Virus record (IMG/VR): IMGVR_UViG_3300043580_000025
Reading direction: 5' to 3' (one strand)
DNA from: a virus
DNA length: 59,139 nucleotides
A program made the position numbers and the translations under genes. The notes beneath the pieces were generated by a model, which ran no database searches, was not told the DNA's origin, and was given only the letters and a program-made list of their open reading frames with translations. Of this stretch, positions 1 through 8,312 are shown in pieces; within the stretch, counting starts at the first letter, position 1, and each line of letters begins with the position of its first letter.

Positions 1-127
1 CAGCTTCAGAAGTACCGCAACACATTCGTGCGCGCCTACGTGCTTGACAAGCATATCAACGGTCGCTTGTACGCGCTCTTTCATCAGCTTAAAGGCGACG
101 AGAATGGTGCGGTCACCGGCCGCTTTT
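1..127. repeat. Circular-assembly overlap, identical to 59013..59139
   Basis: 127/127 identical on manual comparison; lies inside one continuous polymerase reading frame. Confidence 0.95.
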
Positions 128-999
128 CCTCGTCGCTTCCAAACCTGCAAAACATTCCATCGCGCGACGAGTATTGGGGACCAAAGATTCGCGCGCTGTT
201 CATTCCCGAGGAAGGTGAAGAGTGGGTCCGGCATGACTGGTCGCAGATCGAGTACCGGTTCCTTGCCCACTATGCGCGCGGTGACACCGGCGACGCGGTG
301 CGCGAGCGCTATCGCACAGACCCGACCACGGACTTCCATGAGATGACGCTGGACTTCGTCGCGCCGTTCGCGGGATGGGACATCAGCACAAAGACGCTGC
401 GCAAGCAATGGCGCAAGCCGGTGAAGGGAATCAACTTCGGGCTTGTTTATGGGATGGGCATCGATGCGCTGATTGCGCACCTGGGCCTATCGCGCGACGA
501 AGCTGAGTACATCATTGAGCAATATCATAATGCTGTGCCATTCGTTCGCGCGACTTATAACATCGCCCAGAAGCGCGCGGCCGAGCGTGGCTATATCACG
601 ACCTTCGGTGGCCGTCGCGTGCGCTTCGATCTATTTGAAAAGCACTGGTCGAAGTCAGGCAGCAGCAAGGCGATGCGCTATGACGACGCGGTGGCCGAAT
701 GGGGACCGAAGGTACGCCGCGCCTATACGCACAAAGCCTTGAACGGTCTGCTGCAAGGCAGCGCGGCAGACCTGATGAAGGAAGCCATGCGGCAGATTCA
801 TCGCAGCGGAGCAACCAAGGTCATCGGCGTGCCGAAGCTGACGGTGCATGATGAACTTGGTCACAGCGCCAACGCCGCCAGCAAGGCGCATCAGGAAGCA
901 ACCAAGGAGGTAAAACACATCATGGAAACGAGCTTTGAATTATCCGTGCCGGTGATCGCTGAGCAATCGCGCGGTACCAACTGGGGGAACTGCGAATGA
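1..999 (+). CDS. DNA polymerase, family A (Pol I-like), C-terminal polymerase part; continues 57966..59012
   Basis: Frame is open from base 1 (track ORF 28..999 starts at an internal GTG); DWSQIEYR (motif A), KGINFGLVYG (motif B), VHDE (motif C); in frame with 57966 ORF across the junction. Confidence 0.93.
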   Translation, partial: QLQKYRNTFVRAYVLDKHINGRLYALFHQLKGDENGAVTGRFSSSLPNLQNIPSRDEYWGPKIRALFIPEEGEEWVRHDWSQIEYRFLAHYARGDTGDAVRERYRTDPTTDFHEMTLDFVAPFAGWDISTKTLRKQWRKPVKGINFGLVYGMGIDALIAHLGLSRDEAEYIIEQYHNAVPFVRATYNIAQKRAAERGYITTFGGRRVRFDLFEKHWSKSGSSKAMRYDDAVAEWGPKVRRAYTHKALNGLLQGSAADLMKEAMRQIHRSGATKVIGVPKLTVHDELGHSANAASKAHQEATKEVKHIMETSFELSVPVIAEQSRGTNWGNCE

Positions 1000-1307
1000 T
1001 CTATGAATTGTGGTCGACTGAGACTGATCGGATGCTTGGGACGATTGACATCCCCAGGCACGTGAACGAAGAGCGCGGTGAACGCGTGGTCGTCAGGTCC
1101 AAGGAAAAGATCGAGACGGCCGATGGCAGGAAGTACAACGCCATTGAGGTTCTCGTGTGCCGCATGAAGATGGACAAGCGAGAGTACTGGGCACTCGAGA
1201 CGAACTTGCCGTTGCTATTTGTGATGAAGCTTGAAGGCTTCACACCGAAGCTAGAGCGTCCGAGTCTCGCGCAAATGCACTACTTGAACTTGAATCAACA
1301 TGACTGA
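996..1307 (+). CDS. hypothetical protein
   Basis: 103-aa ORF, ATGA overlap with polymerase stop; no motif recognised. Confidence 0.6.
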   Translation: MIYELWSTETDRMLGTIDIPRHVNEERGERVVVRSKEKIETADGRKYNAIEVLVCRMKMDKREYWALETNLPLLFVMKLEGFTPKLERPSLAQMHYLNLNQHD

Positions 1308-1575
1308 GATCATCTATCCGCCCGTCTGGGTGTTCATCAAAGACGGAAGAATCGTTGCCACACATGACGAACAAGCGACCTGGGATGGCATCGTCGGTGT
1401 TGAATACTGCGCGAAGGGACCGGACCAATGGCCGCAAGACTGCGGACTGTCATGGGATGGGCATCGCATCTCCGGTGATCGTGCAAGCATTGACGCTGTG
1501 CAGCGCACGTTGCATGCTGCACATACAGTGGAGTTGATGCGAGAGCGAATCAAGATTCTAGAGGCACGCAAATGA
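1300..1575 (+). CDS. hypothetical protein
   Basis: 91-aa ORF overlapping neighbours by a few nt in an operon-like chain. Confidence 0.6.
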   Translation: MTEIIYPPVWVFIKDGRIVATHDEQATWDGIVGVEYCAKGPDQWPQDCGLSWDGHRISGDRASIDAVQRTLHAAHTVELMRERIKILEARK

Positions 1576-1949
1576 GTGACGCATACGACAAGATCGACCA
1601 CTACTTGCGCAACAACCTCGACGACACCGACTATACCGAGTATTCGACGGCACTCGATGAAGTGTATGCCGAAGAGCCGAATGGGCAAACAATGCGTGAC
1701 TTGCTGATGGTTGCTGAACACATGCAATTGTGGATCAAGGCAGTGCCGGAAGACACACCGCTGCCCGCGATGCCTGGGCTATGCGGTGACTTCATTCAAG
1801 GCACGCTAGAACGAGCGCGCAAAGTTTTGCTCGCAGTCCCATCGCCTGAAGACTGCCAAAGCTGCAACGGCACGGGTAGCGGAGGAATGGGAAGCGGCTG
1901 CACCGACTGCAACGGCACGGGAATCGACCCACGGTCGATGCTTAAGTGA
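1572..1949 (+). CDS. hypothetical protein with two DnaJ-type CxxCxGxG zinc-finger motifs
   Basis: CQSCNGTG and CTDCNGTG near C-terminus; ATGA overlap with upstream ORF. Confidence 0.65.
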   Translation: MSDAYDKIDHYLRNNLDDTDYTEYSTALDEVYAEEPNGQTMRDLLMVAEHMQLWIKAVPEDTPLPAMPGLCGDFIQGTLERARKVLLAVPSPEDCQSCNGTGSGGMGSGCTDCNGTGIDPRSMLK

Positions 1950-1952
1950 CCG

Positions 1953-2426
1953 ATGGATGAAGTCGGCTTCTGGTCGGATCGCATCCGGCCAAACCTCGTG
2001 CGCAACTGTCAGGCGATGGGCCTGCGGTTCCACCTGGAGCGCATCGAGAATATCGTCAGCGATGGCACGCCGGACGTCGACTATTGCATCGACGGTATCC
2101 AAGGTGGGATCGAATTGAAGTTCAGCGACACCGCGCCGGTGCGCGACACGTCCCAGGTGCTAGGGCTGGCCCACGGCATGCGCCGGTCCCAGATCATCTA
2201 CGCCTCGCGCCGCGTCTGGGCCGGTGGCCTATGCTGGTGCCTGATCGGCAACCGCCAGGGAACGTGGCTTGTTGACCTGCGGCCCCTGACGCCCGAGCAG
2301 ATGGCCGACCTAGCCGTCGCCAGCGCCGCCAGCCTGGGCCAGATGGCCACGTGGCGCTGCGGCCCGCGCATGCCTGCCACCCTACCACTAGCCCTTATCG
2401 AACGCCTGCCCAGGCTCATGCCATGA
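1953..2426 (+). CDS. PD-(D/E)XK / VRR-NUC-like nuclease (putative)
   Basis: GTPDVDY...GGIELK arrangement resembles the PD...(D/E)xK core of VRR-NUC nucleases. Confidence 0.5.
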   Translation: MDEVGFWSDRIRPNLVRNCQAMGLRFHLERIENIVSDGTPDVDYCIDGIQGGIELKFSDTAPVRDTSQVLGLAHGMRRSQIIYASRRVWAGGLCWCLIGNRQGTWLVDLRPLTPEQMADLAVASAASLGQMATWRCGPRMPATLPLALIERLPRLMP

Positions 2427-2429
2427 CGC

Positions 2430-2645
2430 CTACTTTTCCTCTTCTTCTTTCTCCGGGTTGAGAGGGACATAGCTGATGGCGTTTGCCTTGATGCCAACGC
2501 TTGCGGCGAACGCGCCGACTGCCTTCTGCGCTTCGGCCTTCGACTCAAAGAACTTCACGCCTTCAGCGATGGTGGTCTCGCCGTTATCGCTCTTGAAGCG
2601 CCAGGACCATACGCCGGTGGACGCTTGCGTGCATTCGAGTTTCAT
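2430..2645 (-). CDS. YegP/DUF1508-like small protein
   Basis: WSWRFKSDNGETTIAEG..FESKAEAQKAV resembles the YegP repeat; AAGGAG 6 nt upstream of ATG. Confidence 0.6.
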   Translation of the reverse strand: MKLECTQASTGVWSWRFKSDNGETTIAEGVKFFESKAEAQKAVGAFAASVGIKANAISYVPLNPEKEEEEK

Positions 2646-2654
2646 GTGATCTCC

Positions 2655-3893
2655 TTAAAGGTCAGTTGAACGTGAGCGCGTGCCAAGCGCGGGAGGTGGC
2701 TGTCGACTTGCAAAGGACGACCCGAGCCAAAAGGCCCCGATGGTCGAAAGGGAACCAATGATAGCCGTCACCACGATCAATCGTACTTCATCGGTGTAAA
2801 TTTGTCCGCCGTTCGCCCTGAATATTTCCCAAGGGAAAAGGACGACCAGCACCATCATGACGACCAGCCCGAGCATGACGACGGAGATGACGAACGCGGG
2901 CTGCGTCAAAAGCGATAGCGGCTGGCCTTCCGGTGTCCGCATCTGTGCAACGGCAATACTATAGTCGCGTGCCGCCGCTATACCGCCGCCGCCAGCCTCT
3001 TGAATCTGGAGGTAGTTCTTCTCGATGGCCGTCTTCACCGCCGTCGCCTGGACGGGGTCGGCCTTTATAGCTTCGATCACCTCTTGTTCGTTCTTTGCGC
3101 CGATGGCATCTTTGGCAACAGTGAACACGGCTTCGGCCGCTGCTATATTGCGCTGCGAGACTTCAGAGCCCGATCCAAATATCTTCGTCAGCTGCGGCAC
3201 TAGCTGAATCAGGCTGGGCAACAGCGCCGCGACGACGGCAGGTATTGGCATAGCTTTCTCCTGTTGGAATTCGACGCCGAGGTCCGTGCTGCCGCGAGCG
3301 ATCTCGGTTGTCTTGCTGGCGATGTGCGGTAGTTTAGCCTGCGCCACGACCGGCACCATCGGCGGATCGCGTGCGGTGTCTTCGTTCATAAACAGTCCGC
3401 CCGCCTCCTCATACTCGCGCCTGAATTCCTCCAGCGTAATGACCGGCTGACCATAGGGCGAGCCGGGAAGCGATGCCCATTCTTTGTTGCACTTCAACAC
3501 CGCAATATGGATACGGCCTTCGACAATGTCCTCGAGTGCTTTGCGGCCAGCGATCAAGGCTATCGCGGCAAGGTCTTGCGTCGGCGGTTCGAAGTTCAAG
3601 AAGCCGTATTGATTGCAGACGCCGTCCCAGGTGCGTTCGAGAATTTGGTAGGCACCGGCCGCAGTCGACGTGAGCCGCTTGCCGTTCTTTAGGGTGACCG
3701 TGATGCGCGTGCGGGGATGATCGGCAAAGTCATCGAACGTGCTATAGATGCCATCGGCCCCCAGGAACAGCTTTCCGCCGAATAGCGTGCGATATCCCTC
3801 TTCGCCCTGCGTGCCCTCGCCATAGCGAAGTGCCCACAGGAACGCCCGCACGTTGCGCTTGACGATATAGTCCGTGAGCGTGATGTCTGCCAT
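2655..3893 (-). CDS. Lambda-R-like lytic transglycosylase (GH104) with long C-terminal extension and two C-terminal hydrophobic helices
   Basis: AFLWALRYGEGT, GGKLF..FADHPR, STAAGAYQILERTWD, WASLPGSPYGQ, EEAGG align by eye with lambda R; start at ATG 3893 (TGATG overlap with upstream gene) rather than track start 3950. Confidence 0.88.
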   Translation of the reverse strand: MADITLTDYIVKRNVRAFLWALRYGEGTQGEEGYRTLFGGKLFLGADGIYSTFDDFADHPRTRITVTLKNGKRLTSTAAGAYQILERTWDGVCNQYGFLNFEPPTQDLAAIALIAGRKALEDIVEGRIHIAVLKCNKEWASLPGSPYGQPVITLEEFRREYEEAGGLFMNEDTARDPPMVPVVAQAKLPHIASKTTEIARGSTDLGVEFQQEKAMPIPAVVAALLPSLIQLVPQLTKIFGSGSEVSQRNIAAAEAVFTVAKDAIGAKNEQEVIEAIKADPVQATAVKTAIEKNYLQIQEAGGGGIAAARDYSIAVAQMRTPEGQPLSLLTQPAFVISVVMLGLVVMMVLVVLFPWEIFRANGGQIYTDEVRLIVVTAIIGSLSTIGAFWLGSSFASRQPPPALGTRSRSTDL

Positions 3894-4192
3894 CAGTAAT
3901 AGCGCGATTTTCTCGGCGGCTTGTAGTCTGGACGATGCGGAACGACCCACATAAGTTTATACCACATGGCAAGGCAATAGATCGCGAGCGCAATGGATAT
4001 CCATAACGCATCAGGGTCCGTCTCTTGCCGGATGAAAACATAGTAGGACCGCGAGAACGCGCCCAGGCTAACACCGGCCAGCGCGACGCATTCCATTACG
4101 GTCTTGCGCACGTACCCAGCGAAGCTCGCAACGAGGGACGAGACTCCGACGAAGAACCAGCAGGCCGAAGATAAGAAAGAGATGTCGATCAT
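3893..4192 (-). CDS. membrane protein, holin/antiholin candidate (3 hydrophobic helices)
   Basis: 99 aa with three hydrophobic stretches; located between holin-like gene and lysozyme; overlaps both. Confidence 0.6.
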   Translation of the reverse strand: MIDISFLSSACWFFVGVSSLVASFAGYVRKTVMECVALAGVSLGAFSRSYYVFIRQETDPDALWISIALAIYCLAMWYKLMWVVPHRPDYKPPRKSRYY

Positions 4193-4530
4193 TTCTTGTC
4201 ATCCTTTGGCGGTGCTGGCGGTGTTGGCGGGGGCGGCTTGCGCAGCCAAGCGTCCAGAAAGCCCGACACGGCGTTTGTCGACTGCACCCATTCCCACACC
4301 CGGCTAAGCACGGACATGCCGAACAGGCCCAGGAGGAAGCCTGTAAGCCCCTGCGGCAGCGCGAGCCATTGCGCAACCCACTCCGTAGCGTAGAAAGAAA
4401 AGAACGCCCCACCAATCACCATCAGCACGCGCTCAAAAAACGTACCATTGACGAATCGCATCGACACGAGCGCACCTGCAACACCGGCGAAGCGGAGTAT
4501 CCATTGTTGAATGTCGTCCCACATCATCAC
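4189..4530 (-). CDS. holin candidate (3 TM, charged Pro/Lys C-terminal tail)
   Basis: 113 aa, three hydrophobic helices, KPPPPTPPAPPKDDKK tail; first gene of lysis cluster. Confidence 0.6.
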   Translation of the reverse strand: MMMWDDIQQWILRFAGVAGALVSMRFVNGTFFERVLMVIGGAFFSFYATEWVAQWLALPQGLTGFLLGLFGMSVLSRVWEWVQSTNAVSGFLDAWLRKPPPPTPPAPPKDDKK

Positions 4531-6527
4531 GCGTTTATGACCATCACGCCAATTGTGTCGGTATCTGACAAGGTGCCGTCACTCGTTGTGATAGTGATCG
4601 TGTCGCCGCCAGTGAAGGCGCTATTTGGCTTGTAGGTCAGGCCATCGAGTGCAGCGTTGACCTGGGCAAGCGTGCCAGAGATGGCAAGCGAGTTCGTATC
4701 ATTGCCGGTGATGCCCGCGCCGGTCTGCATGGCGGTGTCGAATCTGGCCTTGAACGTATTTGCGAATTGATTAGGACTGGTTGCCGTAAGATCGAGGTGC
4801 GCGTTATAGCAGCTTACGCCGCGCAGCGTAGGATTCGCAGCATAGGCCGCATCCCATTCACGCGTGCACTCTGCTATCGTCAGCGAGTCCGTCGTCGTGT
4901 TGTAATTAGACGAGAGTCCCATCAACACCTTTGTCGTAGGCAATGGCGTAGCAAGCCACGTATCAATCTGACCCTTCGGAACGCCAGCCGTCTTGTAGGC
5001 AGCGTTGTCGGTGTACTGCGGCGACACCCACGTCAGACAGCCTGCATTGTGCATCGCCAACATCAGGTTGCGGTTAGCCGTGGAGTTATTCTTCACCGGG
5101 AAAGAGATCGAGAAGTTAGAGCCATACTGCGTCTTCAACTTTCCTGCGATGTAGATCAACTGCGTCGCGTAATCACCGACAGGATCACCTGTCCAATTGT
5201 TGAATTCAACACCGGAGATAGCCGCTGCGCCGCCGAGCCCGTTGATGAATGGCGTCAGCGAAGCGAGCAAGGCGTCCGACTCTTGCTGCGTCTGATAAAA
5301 GAACGTATTCCCGTAGCCACCTATGATGACGACCACTCTTTGCCCGCGTGCAACCACTGATGCTACGTCGCCCGGTGAAGGCGTACCGGCACCCCACGGC
5401 CATGACGCTGCGCCGCCGCCCAGGCCATTGCCGCCGTTGCGAAAGTTGAACAATCCAATGACGTTGAAATTCTGACTCACATTCAAGAGCGATGTCGTAT
5501 CGTAGGCAGTCCAGAACGCATAGTTGATCTTCGGCGGAAAACCATCAGCAAGGTTAGCCGCGCCCGTGACGACTGCCTTGAGCTTGCCGTTATTGCAACT
5601 CATGTTGACTTGCACTGACGTTGAATTCGGATCGGCAACAGAGATCGGAAAGCCATTAGCAACGGAGAATGTCTGCGTGCCATTCATCGACATTGACCGT
5701 TGCACTGGCACCGTGTTGACCGGCGCACCGACAGGAGCCTGAACAGTGATTGCAATGGTGTCGTAGTCCACTAGCGAACCATCTGATGTCGACATTGCAA
5801 TTTGTCCGGCACCCGTGAAGCCTGCACTTGGTGTATAGACCAGCGTTGCAAGTGCTGCGTTGATTTGCGCTTGCGTGCCAGAGATCGTGACAAGCCCCGT
5901 ATTGTTGCCGGTCACTGAAGCGCCGCCAGCAGCGGACACACCGCACGCACCGCCTGTCATCGTCAGCGTCGTCGTCAGTGATGGCGTGTCGGCATCGTAG
6001 ACGCTGATGTTTGCGCTCGCCAGATTGAGTGCCGTTTGATAGGCTGTCGTCTTCGCACTTGTCACAGTATTGACAGGCGGCTGCGGCGTTGGGGGCGGTG
6101 GCGTCCCGATGCCAACGGTCACGTTGAAGCTGTCAGTGTCGACGTTGAGTCCGTCCGTAGTGCGCAGCGTAATAACGGCCGTCACGTCTGTCGCAGGCGG
6201 TGGGCGATAGTACATCCCGTTCAGCGCGCGATTCACATTGGCAACCGAGCCAGAGACAATGACGCGCGTCGTGTTGTTATATGAGATGAACGTTGCTGGA
6301 TTCGGGATCACTTCGACCGTGCCGACCGAGCAGCTAACCGTGGTCGTAATGATCGGCGTATCGACGTCCGCAATCTTCACGACGTTGCCGCCGCTCTCGG
6401 AGAATTGCTTCGCCGTGCCTTGCGGCGTTGTCTGCGCCGCTACTGGCACCGTGTTAACCGACGGTGCGTTTACCGGAATGCCGGTCGGCGCAAGCCTGAT
6501 CGTTCTTTGTGCAAAGATGCGCGGCAT
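4527..6527 (-). CDS. tail fibre protein: three cadherin/BIg-like repeats, the third split by a TIM-barrel (GH18-like) insert
   Basis: Repeated NTVP...VN(R/A)AL(N/A/D)G(M/L).Y.P....TG......T(T/S)DG...D.D...(V/I)TV units; insert with VVVIIGGYGN and ISGVEFNNW strands. Confidence 0.75.
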   Translation of the reverse strand: MPRIFAQRTIRLAPTGIPVNAPSVNTVPVAAQTTPQGTAKQFSESGGNVVKIADVDTPIITTTVSCSVGTVEVIPNPATFISYNNTTRVIVSGSVANVNRALNGMYYRPPPATDVTAVITLRTTDGLNVDTDSFNVTVGIGTPPPPTPQPPVNTVTSAKTTAYQTALNLASANISVYDADTPSLTTTLTMTGGACGVSAAGGASVTGNNTGLVTISGTQAQINAALATLVYTPSAGFTGAGQIAMSTSDGSLVDYDTIAITVQAPVGAPVNTVPVQRSMSMNGTQTFSVANGFPISVADPNSTSVQVNMSCNNGKLKAVVTGAANLADGFPPKINYAFWTAYDTTSLLNVSQNFNVIGLFNFRNGGNGLGGGAASWPWGAGTPSPGDVASVVARGQRVVVIIGGYGNTFFYQTQQESDALLASLTPFINGLGGAAAISGVEFNNWTGDPVGDYATQLIYIAGKLKTQYGSNFSISFPVKNNSTANRNLMLAMHNAGCLTWVSPQYTDNAAYKTAGVPKGQIDTWLATPLPTTKVLMGLSSNYNTTTDSLTIAECTREWDAAYAANPTLRGVSCYNAHLDLTATSPNQFANTFKARFDTAMQTGAGITGNDTNSLAISGTLAQVNAALDGLTYKPNSAFTGGDTITITTSDGTLSDTDTIGVMVINA

Positions 6528-6536
6528 GATGTGCCC

Positions 6537-6947
6537 TTAAACCGCAGTCATCCGAAAGATTCGGAAGCCGATGCCATCGCTCGAAATGATTGCAGCGTTG
6601 CCAACTGAGATCGACTTCGACGTTGGAGTACCGCCGGAATCTGTGAAGAAGCCAATACCGGCAACGTTGACGGACGCTGAGCCTGTCACGACGTTGATGA
6701 CGAACGAGAACCCGTCTACCAAGCATTCCGCATGAAGCGTGAAGACCACGTTGCTCGCTCTGACATCGGCGCAGCAGCCGTTGTCGCCCAGGCGCATCTG
6801 CCTGCTAGCCGTCACGTCTGTGCCCGGTGCGTCGGGGTCGAGCGCGCTGGTCCGCACGCGCGTCATGCCCTGCGTGTACAGATCATTCAGCCGGTCGATA
6901 TAGTCCTTCTTGCCATAGTCGAAGGGGCGTAGTGAAGTAGCCATCAC
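6537..6947 (-). CDS. tail-associated hypothetical protein
   Basis: 136-aa ORF in the distal tail gene chain, ATGA overlap with upstream gene. Confidence 0.65.
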   Translation of the reverse strand: MMATSLRPFDYGKKDYIDRLNDLYTQGMTRVRTSALDPDAPGTDVTASRQMRLGDNGCCADVRASNVVFTLHAECLVDGFSFVINVVTGSASVNVAGIGFFTDSGGTPTSKSISVGNAAIISSDGIGFRIFRMTAV

Positions 6948-7798
6948 ACTTCCTCCATCGCAACGCGTGCGACATATTGGTCATAATTGGATTGAGACAA
7001 TTGCGCGTTCTCGGCAAACTTGCCCCATAGCTGATAACTCTGCTCGAGCAACGTGTCATCATCTTCAGGGAACAGACTCACGAACATCGGTTCAGTCGTG
7101 CCGTTCAATCGAATGAATCGCATCAGCGATGCACGATCTTCCGAGTTCATATTGCCAAGTTCAAACTCGATGCGCCGCCACTTCGGGCCGCGCTCGCCGC
7201 GCAGGTCGCCAGCTTCGGTGCGCTTGTTCTTGCTCGAGTCTACGTACGTGACGCTGTGCCCAAAGTTGAAGTTGTACGTTGGCGACCAAACCGCACCTGC
7301 GATTAAGCGGCCGACCTCAATATAGGTATCTGGATTATTGAGATCGTAGAAGTGCACTTCGAGTTTGCGCACCGCATGCGCGCCCGGTATCCATAGCACG
7401 CCGTAACCGCCGTAGCCATAGGAGAAGAGCGACGCGCCGCCGCGCTGGTAGAAGTTCTCGCCTAGCGGTGTGCCCCACAGGAATTGCCCCAGACCGGGAG
7501 CCGCAGCGCACTCGACAAGCCCGGTGTCGAACGCAGGCTGGAGGTCTGTCTCACGCGTATAGCCAACTGCGCGCATGGTTGCTTGCGCTGTGAAGTTATT
7601 GAACGCAGCGACGACGCAACTAATTTGTTCAGCAGTCGTCCACGTTGAAATAACACCGGCGTTGACATCGGCAGCACGCCACACTTTGGCCTTGAGGTTT
7701 GAGCGAAGGTTCGCAGCGACGAGAGCGCCTGCTTCGCTCGAAGCAATGATCGTCGCACGATCTATTGCGTTGTCCCAGACGATACGAAGATTGCTCAT
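6944..7798 (-). CDS. tail-tip/baseplate-associated hypothetical protein
   Basis: 284-aa ORF directly downstream of tail-tip genes; position only. Confidence 0.7.
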   Translation of the reverse strand: MSNLRIVWDNAIDRATIIASSEAGALVAANLRSNLKAKVWRAADVNAGVISTWTTAEQISCVVAAFNNFTAQATMRAVGYTRETDLQPAFDTGLVECAAAPGLGQFLWGTPLGENFYQRGGASLFSYGYGGYGVLWIPGAHAVRKLEVHFYDLNNPDTYIEVGRLIAGAVWSPTYNFNFGHSVTYVDSSKNKRTEAGDLRGERGPKWRRIEFELGNMNSEDRASLMRFIRLNGTTEPMFVSLFPEDDDTLLEQSYQLWGKFAENAQLSQSNYDQYVARVAMEEV

Positions 7799-7805
7799 GA
7801 TGATC

Positions 7806-8312
7806 CTAGTGCTGAATGATTAGTGCCCAGGCGACGAACTCTTTTGCTGCCCACGTGCACGTCGCAAAGACCGACCCATTCAACACTTGGTATTTACCTG
7901 GGAACGGCAAGCTGCGCGGATAGCTGGTCATCTCTATCGTCCTGACGTTTGGATCAGCGGACGGCGTCAAGATGATGCCGTGCTCTGACACTGGCTGTTC
8001 TTCATACGATATGAAATCGTAATCCAGCTTCGTTGAATTCCACGCGGTGTTCACTTTACCGACGTGCCAAGTTATAGGCGTGTTGGTTGCGATGCCGCTG
8101 AACTGAATCCATAGCGTCTGTCTCACCAGACCCGTCGAGCCCGGTTGAATGCGGTACAAGGGATGATTCGAAGCGCCCCACGTGCCTGCGTCCGAAGTCA
8201 TTTTAATGCCTGTGTAGCCAGCAATAATGCTCTCTTGAACAGGCTGCACAGGAACAACGCGCAACGGTGCGAAGCGCATCAACTTATCCCGCTCATTAAC
8301 TATGTTCGACAT
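7806..8312 (-). CDS. tail-tip-associated hypothetical protein
   Basis: 168-aa ORF; TAATG overlap with the giant gene. Confidence 0.7.
   Translation of the reverse strand: MSNIVNERDKLMRFAPLRVVPVQPVQESIIAGYTGIKMTSDAGTWGASNHPLYRIQPGSTGLVRQTLWIQFSGIATNTPITWHVGKVNTAWNSTKLDYDFISYEEQPVSEHGIILTPSADPNVRTIEMTSYPRSLPFPGKYQVLNGSVFATCTWAAKEFVAWALIIQH

Noticed and set aside
1-127. Terminal direct repeat as a biological DTR or cos region
   Set aside because: It lies in the middle of an uninterrupted polymerase reading frame and has the length typical of an assembler k-mer overlap.
4719-5537. Calling the fibre insert an active GH18 chitinase
   Set aside because: The DxxDxDxE position reads SGVEFNNW, so the catalytic acid appears absent. 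It is kept only as a GH18-like fold hypothesis.
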